Below are positions 1 through 8,081 of a DNA stretch of 64,000 nt, piece by piece. The stretch is taken from assembly GCA_017416145.1 (NCBI GenBank), contig JAFQDD010000010.1, positions 93,036-157,035 on the forward strand. The letters are read 5' to 3'. Origin of the DNA: Spirochaetaceae bacterium (GTDB lineage Bacteria > Spirochaetota > Spirochaetia > Treponematales > Treponemataceae). Below the pieces are notes generated by a model. It saw nothing but the letters and a program-made list of their open reading frames with translations. It did no database searches and was not told the origin of the DNA. The position numbers and the translations under genes were made by a program. Numbering within the stretch: the first letter of the stretch is position 1; each line of letters opens with the position of its first letter.

Positions 1-171
1 AGAGAAGAAGCATACGAGGATGGCTTAAACAAGGGATTGCAGCAAGGTGCGTATCAAGAAAAATTGGAAACGGCTAGGATGCTACTTTCATTCGGGGATG
101 CTATAGAAAAAATCGCTACGATTACTGGTTTATCACTAGAAACTCTCCAACGACTTGAAAAGGATTTGTAA
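1..171 (+). CDS. 3' end of an Rpn-family (YhgA-like, PD-(D/E)XK) recombination-promoting nuclease/putative transposase gene. The window begins inside it.
   Basis: Frame 1 reads REEAYEDGLNKGLQQGAYQEKLETARMLLSFGDAIEKIATITGLSLETLQRLEKDL*. This is colinear with the C-terminus of the intact 302-aa Rpn-family ORF at 31559..32467. Confidence 0.6.
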   Translation, partial: REEAYEDGLNKGLQQGAYQEKLETARMLLSFGDAIEKIATITGLSLETLQRLEKDL

Positions 172-185
172 CTGAGGTAGAAAAT

Positions 186-446
186 ATGCTAATGACAGAA
201 TACGATTACGACACAGATATAGCAGTTCAAAGAGAAGAAGCTTACGAAGATGGCTTAAGCAAGGGGTTCCAACAGGGCATATCTCAGGGAATAAGTCAGG
301 GCATAAAACAAGGTGCGTATGAAAAAGCTGTTGAAACGGCTAGGTTGCTACTTTCATTCGGGGATTCTATAGAAAAAATCACTACAATTACTGGTTTATC
401 AGGAGAAACACTCCAACAACTTTCAGAGGATTTGCAACTGAGGTAG
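186..446 (+). CDS. Stand-alone Rpn C-terminal module (RpnS-like small protein, 86 aa). It is the second tandem copy of the 3' segment.
   Basis: It starts MLMTEYDYDTDIAVQREEAYEDGL, identical to the internal Met-Leu-Met of the full-length paralog. GAGG lies 8 nt upstream of the ATG (ctGAGGtagaaaatATG). It carries a 12-aa QGIS/QGIK insertion. The original TAA stop is mutated to CAA, with readthrough to TAG. Confidence 0.55.
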   Translation: MLMTEYDYDTDIAVQREEAYEDGLSKGFQQGISQGISQGIKQGAYEKAVETARLLLSFGDSIEKITTITGLSGETLQQLSEDLQLR

Positions 447-490
447 AAAACATGCTAATGACAGAATATGATTAGGACACAGACATAGCA
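438..490 (+). pseudogene. Third, truncated and decayed copy of the Rpn C-terminal module
   Basis: The sequence ctgaggtagaaaacATGctaatgacagaatatgatTAGgacacagacatagca repeats the unit start but has an in-frame TAG after 7 codons. Confidence 0.6.
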
Positions 491-568
491 TTTTAGATAT
501 TCTTCACGTTTTGCCTCTAGTCTTTTTCAAAAGTAGTTTGTATAATTCCCTTTTAAGGCAAAACTACT

Positions 569-2089
569 ATGACATTTTTTAACATTTTTACTTTGGTTGC
601 AAATACTCTTAATCTCATTTTCATTATTTTTGTACTGTTTTTTGAACGTAAAGAATCAGGTCGTAGATTTGCTTGGCTTCTAGCCTTGGTTTTTCTTCCT
701 GTTGTGGGAATGATTTTGTACATTCTTTGTAGTGGTCACTTTTTCACCTCTACTCGTAAGATGGAAAAAATCCGGAAATACATTTTCAGTATCACAAATC
801 CATTTTTACATCAACAAAAAGAGTTTTATATTGCCAATAAAGAAAAATTAAAAAATCCTTGCATTAAAGATTATGATGATATCGTTCTTATGAATATGCT
901 AAATGCAAATTCAAATATTACTTTTACAGATTCCACAGAAATTTTCACTTGTGGTCACGATATGTTTGAGCAACTATGCAAAGATTTGCTTGAAGCAAAA
1001 GACTTTATCTATATGCAATTTTTTATCTTTCACAACGATGAAATCGGTAAAAAACTTATGGATATTTTGTGCAGAAAAGCAAGAGAAGGAGTTGATGTTA
1101 AACTTTTATATGATGATGTTGGTTCAATTTTGACTCCACTTTTATTTTTCTCAAAACTAGATTTAGCTGGAGGTCAAAGTCTACCATTTTTTCCAGTAAA
1201 AATTGGAGCTCCACTTACCCTAAACTTTAGAAACCACAGAAAAAACGTAATAATCGACGGAAAAGTTGGATATCTTGGAGGAATGAATGTTGGAGACGAA
1301 TACATAATTGGACTACGCAAAAAACTTGCACACCCATGGAGAGATACTCATCTTCGTTTAACAGGAAACTGTATTCTTTCTATGCTGGAAATCTTCTTAA
1401 TAGACTGGCAAAGTTCCGCCTTTGGGAAAAAAGCACTAAAAGCCACAGACAAAGTTCCTCAATATTATCCAATAGAAAGATTTGAAAAATTAAATAAACA
1501 AATATTAGAGGATCTAAAAAATGATATCCCAGGGGATAACAAAATTCCAACTCAGGTAATTGCTTCTGGACCAAACGATTTATACAAATCAGAAATCCGC
1601 GATATGATGATTCGTATGATTATGGATGCAAAAGACTCTATTTTCATACAAACCCCATATTTCACCCCAGACGAAGCCTTTTCCTCTGCCCTAAAAATCG
1701 CTGCCCTTTCTGGAAAAGATATTCGCATTATGGTGCCTGGGAAATGGGATAAAGCTTATGTCAAAGCTGCTGCTATGGAGTTTATCCGTCAAATGATTCC
1801 CTACGGCATAAAGTTTTACGCATATCCAGGTTTTATCCACTCAAAAACTTTAGTTATCGATAAAAAACTTGTTACAATTGGAACAACCAACATAGACACT
1901 AGAAGTTTTGAATTGCATTTTGAGATGAATATCATTTTTTATGATGAAACCTTTGCCAACAAAAATGCAGAAATCTTTTTAGAAGACCAAAAAAAATGTA
2001 CGCTTATTGAAAAAGAAACTTTGGACAAATCTTCCTTCATAAAGCGTACAATTTGGGGTTTTTGCAAACTCTTTTCACCTTTGATGTAA
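569..2089 (+). CDS. cls: Cardiolipin synthase (two PLD/HKD domains)
   Basis: N-terminal TM helices are present. There are two HKD motifs (NHRKNVIIDGKVGYLGGMNVGDEY and IHSKTLVIDKKLVTIGTTNID). Length is 506 aa. Confidence 0.85.
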   Translation: MTFFNIFTLVANTLNLIFIIFVLFFERKESGRRFAWLLALVFLPVVGMILYILCSGHFFTSTRKMEKIRKYIFSITNPFLHQQKEFYIANKEKLKNPCIKDYDDIVLMNMLNANSNITFTDSTEIFTCGHDMFEQLCKDLLEAKDFIYMQFFIFHNDEIGKKLMDILCRKAREGVDVKLLYDDVGSILTPLLFFSKLDLAGGQSLPFFPVKIGAPLTLNFRNHRKNVIIDGKVGYLGGMNVGDEYIIGLRKKLAHPWRDTHLRLTGNCILSMLEIFLIDWQSSAFGKKALKATDKVPQYYPIERFEKLNKQILEDLKNDIPGDNKIPTQVIASGPNDLYKSEIRDMMIRMIMDAKDSIFIQTPYFTPDEAFSSALKIAALSGKDIRIMVPGKWDKAYVKAAAMEFIRQMIPYGIKFYAYPGFIHSKTLVIDKKLVTIGTTNIDTRSFELHFEMNIIFYDETFANKNAEIFLEDQKKCTLIEKETLDKSSFIKRTIWGFCKLFSPLM

Positions 2090-2094
2090 AAAAA

Positions 2095-3105
2095 CTAGTT
2101 TGCTAAACTGTCAAAATATTTTTTATTTTCGTAATAAAAATCCCCATAAATCGAAATATTTTCTACTTGATATGTATAATCCTTTTGATTTTTGAAAATT
2201 AAAATATTAAAAGCATACATATCTTCTTCTTTGCTGTAGGACAAAAATTTCATAACAGGATTATCTCCAGTTTTTGTCAAAGTAATACTTGGAGCATAAA
2301 CCAATAAATCTCCAGAAGAAGTAATAGAAGTTTTTGCAAGAGATTCAAACCAAGAAGCCTTTATTCCAGACTCTTTCAAACTATCCACAGAAGAACCAAA
2401 ATCCAAATTCATAATGAAAGAAAAAGCATCCTCACCAAGAACTTTCATGTCGTCAGCCCCGTACATAGAAGCCCATTTTTTTGACAAATCCTCTTTTTTG
2501 TCCTTGGCACTAAAATTTGGAAGATTTTGAAATCCCTTAAAATCAACAAAAGCCGTATCACTACTACTTAACAAAGTTCCAAAAGTAACAGCTTCAAAAA
2601 GCGGAGAGCCATATTCATCTACAATTCTGTTTAAATTAAAAATTGGAATGTAATAATCGTAAATCATTGTAACATCCCCACCAAATTGCACATAATCTTG
2701 ACTTATCCGCAAAGTTGAAAAGAAATCCCGATTATTAAGTTTTTTTCGACGACCAGCAAATTCATAAAGCAAATCGTGAAGATAATTTAAAGTTTCTGTA
2801 TCCTCTGCGGTTACATTTCCAACGATTTTTTCTCCAGTCATATCAATAAAATCACTCTTTGGATTCAAAGAAATGTAAACCGTAATATCACCTAAACCAG
2901 ATTCTGGATTTTTGGCGTAATATCTGATTGCTAAGGTACTATCGTCATATTGCAAAAACCCAATATAAGTTTCCCCAGAAAAAGTATAATCCCGATAAAA
3001 AACATATTCTCCAGAAGAAATAGGAAAAACAGGTTCAATCCCAGGAACTGCAAAGCAAAATGACACCATAAAAACTAAACAAATTGATATTGACCACTTA
3101 CGCAT
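2095..3105 (-). CDS. Hypothetical secreted protein (N-terminal signal peptide)
   Basis: The 336-aa ORF has a hydrophobic N-terminus (MRKWSISICLVFMVSFCFAVPG). No family was recognised. Confidence 0.5.
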   Translation of the reverse strand: MRKWSISICLVFMVSFCFAVPGIEPVFPISSGEYVFYRDYTFSGETYIGFLQYDDSTLAIRYYAKNPESGLGDITVYISLNPKSDFIDMTGEKIVGNVTAEDTETLNYLHDLLYEFAGRRKKLNNRDFFSTLRISQDYVQFGGDVTMIYDYYIPIFNLNRIVDEYGSPLFEAVTFGTLLSSSDTAFVDFKGFQNLPNFSAKDKKEDLSKKWASMYGADDMKVLGEDAFSFIMNLDFGSSVDSLKESGIKASWFESLAKTSITSSGDLLVYAPSITLTKTGDNPVMKFLSYSKEEDMYAFNILIFKNQKDYTYQVENISIYGDFYYENKKYFDSLAN

Positions 3106-3130
3106 ATTTTTCTCCCAAAAAAACTATTAC

Positions 3131-3180
3131 AAAAAAAGCTGTTATAAAGTAAATACATAAAGTAAATCTTCATAACAGCC
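3131..3180 (-). terminator. Possible intrinsic terminator downstream of proS
   Basis: On the minus strand, GCTGTTAT...ATAACAGC forms an 8-bp stem with a large loop, followed by a T7 run. Confidence 0.3.
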
Positions 3181-3207
3181 TTTTGTTATAAATTGATATT
3201 AACCGAA

Positions 3208-5025
3208 TTACCCATTTAATTTTGCTAATTCAGCGTTTACAGTTTCTACAACCTTATTGATTGCGTCTTCTACAGAAAGAAGTTCTGCTTCAGTTGATGT
3301 TCGACCTTTTAATTCCACATTTGGAAGATTTTTTTCTCCCACAACAATTCTTAGTGGAATACCGATTAAGTCCATATCCTTAAACTTAACCCCAGGACGT
3401 TCGTTTCTGTCGTCTAGCAACACTTCTACGCCTTTTTTAGAAAGAGCTTCGTAGATTTCGTCAGCTTTTGCCTTCATTTCACCGTCGTATTTTACAGGAA
3501 CAATAGCCACGTGATATGGAGCTACACTCATTGGCCAAGTGATTCCGTTTTCATCGTGATGTTCTTCAATGATAGAAGCTAAAGCTCTGTCAACACCAAT
3601 TCCATAACATCCCATAGTTGGAACTTGTTGCTTTCCGTTTTCGTCTAAGAAAGTTACGTTCATTGATTTTGTATATTTGTAGCCAAGTTTGAAAATGTGA
3701 CCAAGCTCATTTCCTTTTTTGCTGTAATAAACGCTTTCTTTGCCATTTTCAGCACAACAAGCACATTTATCTCCAGCCACAACAGTTCTAACATCACTTA
3801 CTTGATATGGAGTAAAATCTCTACCAGGTTCTACATTTGCAAAGTGAACATCCTTTGCAAGACCACCAGTTACAGCATTGTGCATATGCATTACAGTTTC
3901 GTCTGCAATAACAGGCACAGTTTCTAGTTTTACAGGACCTGCAAAACCAACTGGAGCTCCAGTAATCCGCTCAACATCATAATCAGAAGCAAGTTCAACT
4001 TCAGAAGCCTTTAACAATCCTGCAAGTTTTGCTTCGTTTACATCTAAATCCCCACGAATACAAACTGCAAAGAAACTTTCTGGATAATATGGAATTCCAG
4101 AAGTTGCGTCTGTTACACGTTTTAAATCCTTGCATCCAGGAGCATTTCTTAAGTCAAGTTCGCTGTTAATAACTCTATAAATCAATGTTTTAATAAATGA
4201 TTTTGGAGTTGTATTTAAAAAAGAAGAAAGTTCTTCGATTGTTTTAACATTTGGTGTATCAATTGATTTTACAGCTTCTGTGGTAGCTTCTGTTTCTTCC
4301 CAGTCCGGAGCACAAGATGCTTTTTCTGTGTTTGCAGCGTATCCACAAGTTGGGCAGATAATTAGTGTATCGTCCCCAACTTCGCTTTCTACCATAAATT
4401 CTTCAGAACCAGTTCCACCCATTGCACCAGAGTCAGCTCGTACTGGAATAACAGTTAGCCCAAGCCGCTTAAAGATGTTGCGGTAAGCCTTTGCAAATTC
4501 GTCGTAAGTTGCGTCTAAACATTCTTGGTTAGCGTGGAAAGAATAAGCGTCTTTCATTGTGAACTCACGACCACGCATTACACCGTAGCGAGGACGGATT
4601 TCATCTCTATATTTTGTGTTAATTTGATATGCAACGATTGGAAGTTGTTTATAAGAAGAAAGTTCATCTCTTACAAGGGATGTAAAAACTTCTTCAGCAG
4701 TTGGGCTTACAACCAATTCTTGATTTACACGGTTTGTAATGCGTAACATTCCAGAACCCATAGTTTCCCAACGACCAGATTCACGCCAAAGTTCACCTGG
4801 AACAACTACAGAAGGTTTAAATTCCATTGCACCAATAGCATTCATTTCTTCTCTGATTATATTTTCTACTTTGCGGAAAGCTTTTAGTCCAAGAGGTAAA
4901 TAAGTAAAAAGACCGTTTCCTAATTTTCTTAAAAGCCCAGCTCTTAACATTAACTGATGACTTGCAATAACAGCTTCGGCAGGAACTTCCCGAAGTGTAG
5001 ACATAAAAGTTTTTGATGTTTTCAT
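3208..5025 (-). CDS. proS: Proline--tRNA ligase
   Basis: Class II aaRS motifs and overall ProRS similarity are present (MSTLREVPAEA..., FRDE-like IRPRYGVMRGREF, GCYGIGVDR). The start is set at MKTSK (ATG at 5025) rather than the upstream ORF extension to 5106. Confidence 0.9.
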   Translation of the reverse strand: MKTSKTFMSTLREVPAEAVIASHQLMLRAGLLRKLGNGLFTYLPLGLKAFRKVENIIREEMNAIGAMEFKPSVVVPGELWRESGRWETMGSGMLRITNRVNQELVVSPTAEEVFTSLVRDELSSYKQLPIVAYQINTKYRDEIRPRYGVMRGREFTMKDAYSFHANQECLDATYDEFAKAYRNIFKRLGLTVIPVRADSGAMGGTGSEEFMVESEVGDDTLIICPTCGYAANTEKASCAPDWEETEATTEAVKSIDTPNVKTIEELSSFLNTTPKSFIKTLIYRVINSELDLRNAPGCKDLKRVTDATSGIPYYPESFFAVCIRGDLDVNEAKLAGLLKASEVELASDYDVERITGAPVGFAGPVKLETVPVIADETVMHMHNAVTGGLAKDVHFANVEPGRDFTPYQVSDVRTVVAGDKCACCAENGKESVYYSKKGNELGHIFKLGYKYTKSMNVTFLDENGKQQVPTMGCYGIGVDRALASIIEEHHDENGITWPMSVAPYHVAIVPVKYDGEMKAKADEIYEALSKKGVEVLLDDRNERPGVKFKDMDLIGIPLRIVVGEKNLPNVELKGRTSTEAELLSVEDAINKVVETVNAELAKLNG

Positions 5026-5181
5026 AGAAAGTATTTTAGTAAAAACAAAGCACTTTTTCAATAGGAGAAAAAATCCAAAATTACAATGAAAAAAAATTAT
5101 AACCAAAATCTAAAATATTTTTGTACAAAAAAACAACATTTTGACCTTGACTTTTAACATAACTAAACGTAAACTAGAGGT

Positions 5182-5628
5182 ATGAATTTGAAGACTGTAT
5201 TAACACCAGAAACTGTAAACCTTCACTTAAAAGGCACAACAAAAGAAGAAATCATTGACGAAATGCTAGAAGTTCTTATTGCAGCAGGAAAAGTTAGCGA
5301 TAAAGCTGCAGCTCGTGAATGTGTGCTTGACCGTGAACGCAAAATGTCAACTGGTATGAAACACGGTATTGCTATTCCTCATGGGAAAACAGATACTGTA
5401 AGTGACTTAGTTGCTTGTATTGGTATTTCTGACAATCCTGTTGATTTTGACTCTTTAGATCAAGAGCCATGCCGTATATTTATCATGACTCTTTCTCCTG
5501 TAAACAAAACAGGTCCACACTTACAATTCCTTGCAGAAGTAAGTTTGCTATTCAAGAGTGCAGAAAAACGCCAGGAAATTCTAAAAACAACAGACAAAGC
5601 TGAAGTTATCAAAATTCTTACAGAATAG
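5182..5628 (+). CDS. PTS EIIA (fructose/nitrogen type, PtsN-like) domain protein
   Basis: The 148-aa ORF has the EIIA-2 signature around the phosphorylatable His (GIAIPHGKTD). Confidence 0.7.
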   Translation: MNLKTVLTPETVNLHLKGTTKEEIIDEMLEVLIAAGKVSDKAAARECVLDRERKMSTGMKHGIAIPHGKTDTVSDLVACIGISDNPVDFDSLDQEPCRIFIMTLSPVNKTGPHLQFLAEVSLLFKSAEKRQEILKTTDKAEVIKILTE

Positions 5629-5662
5629 TCTTTTGATTTTATGTCAGACTTATGGAACAAAA

Positions 5663-5699
5663 AGACCACTTAGTTTTATACTTTGTGGTCTATTTTTTT
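5663..5699 (+). terminator. Intrinsic terminator after the EIIA gene
   Basis: An AGACCAC...GTGGTCT stem is followed by a T7 run. Confidence 0.5.
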
Positions 5700-5764
5700 G
5701 TCTTTTTCCCTTTTCTATTGATTTCCCACTATGATTTTTTTCATATTTCCATTATTCTAATTTT

Positions 5765-7153
5765 ATGAAACAAGACGCACTTTATTACGTTAAAGACAAT
5801 ACACTTTTTGACAATCAAAATAGAATGACCTTTTTCAGAGGTTGCAATTATACAGAAACTGAGCTTTTCCCAATCGAAGAAGCAGACTCCCGATTTAATA
5901 AACTTTTACTAAAAGGATGCAATCTTATCCGCTGGGGAATTACTTGGGAAAAGGTAGAACCAGAACCAGAAGCTTACAATGAAGAATATCTTGCAAATTT
6001 ACGAAATCTTATAAAAAAAGCAGATGAATATGATATTAAAGTGATAATTGAGCCGCTTTTTTCTTGTTGGTGCAAAGATTTTGGAGGAATCGGGGCTCCA
6101 GCTTGGACTTATGAAAAAATTGGTATCAATTTCAAAGCAGAAAACAAAGAAACTGGAACTTGGAGCTGGAAAGGTGCAGAAAATTACGCCTCAAGAACTA
6201 TGAATACTCTGTTTTTTGCAGGACACACATTTGCAAAAGGCTTGAAAATTGATGGAGACCCAGTTCAAGATTATCTACAAGAACACTTTATCAACGCAAT
6301 GAACCACACAGCAAGACGGCTAAAAGATTGTGAAAATATTATCGGATTTGGAATTATGTCTGATATTAGTGCAGGATACATCGATACAAAAAATCTTTTA
6401 GAAAGTGATTTTGCAAAGGATACCGAAAATCAAAATTGGAAAGATTTTTGGGGACAATTTGGAGCAATTACAACTCCAGATTATTTTGCAATAAAGGAAG
6501 GAGATTTTAACACAAATTATCTTCTTCCATTTGCTGAAGAATACGTGGAAACATTACAAAAAAAACACAAACATTACATTTTCTTTACAAATATTAAAGG
6601 CATAGAAAATACAGAAAATGTACTTTTTTCAGAAGGATACAACAAATCCGCACCAAAGGGAAAAACTTTATTTGCAAAAGCAGACACAAACTTTGAAGAA
6701 ACAATTTCCGATTGGAAAAAAACTTCATTACTTACAGAATTTGCTTCGTTGAATGTGGGAAATACAGCAAAAGAAACAGAAGACACAAAAGCATTTTACG
6801 ATAAAATCGATGAAAAACTGATTTCAGCTTGTATATTAAACTATAATGAAAATCTTGATTCAAAATGTTACGTTAGACCTTATGTTTCTGTAATGGCTGG
6901 AACATTGGTAAAACAAGAAGTTATTTTTGATAAAGAAGTAACCTTCACCATCGAATGGGATAGCAATCTTTGCCCAACTTCCTCAGGAGATGCAGATACA
7001 GAAATATTTATCCCAAAAGTTTGGTTTCCAAATGGCTGGAAAACAGAAAAATTTGACGGAGTTGGGATTTTAAGAGAAGTTCCAGAACAGCAAAAACTCT
7101 ATGTAAAAACACTGGAAGCTCGTCGCTGTAAATTGATAATAAAATCTGTGTAA
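5765..7153 (+). CDS. Glycoside hydrolase family 5-like (cellulase/glucosylceramidase-like) protein
   Basis: The N-terminal FFRGCNY...IRWGITWEKVEP and LLTEFAS (nucleophile-like) motifs resemble GH5. I could not find the canonical NEP acid/base motif (the sequence reads IMSDIS). Confidence 0.5.
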   Translation: MKQDALYYVKDNTLFDNQNRMTFFRGCNYTETELFPIEEADSRFNKLLLKGCNLIRWGITWEKVEPEPEAYNEEYLANLRNLIKKADEYDIKVIIEPLFSCWCKDFGGIGAPAWTYEKIGINFKAENKETGTWSWKGAENYASRTMNTLFFAGHTFAKGLKIDGDPVQDYLQEHFINAMNHTARRLKDCENIIGFGIMSDISAGYIDTKNLLESDFAKDTENQNWKDFWGQFGAITTPDYFAIKEGDFNTNYLLPFAEEYVETLQKKHKHYIFFTNIKGIENTENVLFSEGYNKSAPKGKTLFAKADTNFEETISDWKKTSLLTEFASLNVGNTAKETEDTKAFYDKIDEKLISACILNYNENLDSKCYVRPYVSVMAGTLVKQEVIFDKEVTFTIEWDSNLCPTSSGDADTEIFIPKVWFPNGWKTEKFDGVGILREVPEQQKLYVKTLEARRCKLIIKSV

Positions 7154-7155
7154 AA

Positions 7156-7902
7156 TCACAAATTTTCAATGACTTCTTTTGCAGCAGCAATTTTTGTAGA
7201 ATCTGTTTTCCAGATTTCGTATTCGCTGATACCAGGTAAGCCCATAAACACAGATGGATTTTTGTAAATCATTTTGCTTTCTTCTGTGATTTTTCCAGAC
7301 ATATGAAAAGAGGTTAAACCTGTTATGGGCTGGATTTTTTGGATAACAGAGGCAGAAATACCGCCACCAGCTAAAATATCAACTTGGGAAGAAGCTTCTT
7401 TTACGTAGAGCGAAAGATTTTTTGCACCTTCTAAACAGTTTTCTCTTTGCCCAGAAGTTAAAATCGTGTTTATGCCAATTTCTTTGCATTGATTTATGGC
7501 TTTTATGGGATTTTTACACATATCAAAGGCTCGATGAAGAGTTACAGACATAGAACCTGAAGCCTCTTTTAAGATTTGAAGCCGCTTTACATCAAGTTCA
7601 CCGTCAGGTAAAAGACAACCAATTACAACACCATCGGCTCCAAGACTCTGAAAAAGTTTAACATCCTCAAGGATATTTGCAAATTCTCCATCAGAATAGC
7701 AAAAATCACCGAAGCGAGGCCGAATCAATACGTGAATTTTGATTTTACACTGATTTTTTATTGATAAAAAAAGACTTGGACTTGGAGTAAGACCGCCGAT
7801 AACAAGACCAGAACACAATTCTAAGCGATTTGCACCGCCCTTTTCCGCAGCCAAAGCCGATTCCAAAGAGTCAACACAAACTTCTAAAATGTAATTTTTC
7901 AT
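7156..7902 (-). CDS. cutC: Copper homeostasis protein CutC family
   Basis: The N-terminus is a typical CutC TIM-barrel pattern (LEVCVDSLESALAAEKGGANRLELCSGL..GGLTPS). Length is 248 aa. Confidence 0.8.
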   Translation of the reverse strand: MKNYILEVCVDSLESALAAEKGGANRLELCSGLVIGGLTPSPSLFLSIKNQCKIKIHVLIRPRFGDFCYSDGEFANILEDVKLFQSLGADGVVIGCLLPDGELDVKRLQILKEASGSMSVTLHRAFDMCKNPIKAINQCKEIGINTILTSGQRENCLEGAKNLSLYVKEASSQVDILAGGGISASVIQKIQPITGLTSFHMSGKITEESKMIYKNPSVFMGLPGISEYEIWKTDSTKIAAAKEVIENL

Positions 7903-8081
7903 AAAATTAACCTCGTAAAAATTCTTTATCTGTATTTTCCACTAATATTTGATTTTGACTATGTGGAATTTTATCTTTTTCACAAAAATTTTATCCTTAA
8001 ATTAGAGATTTTAGAGAATTTTTTACTTTTTGTCGAAAAGCTAATATATAATAAATCTTATATCTTTTTCGAGGTGATTTT

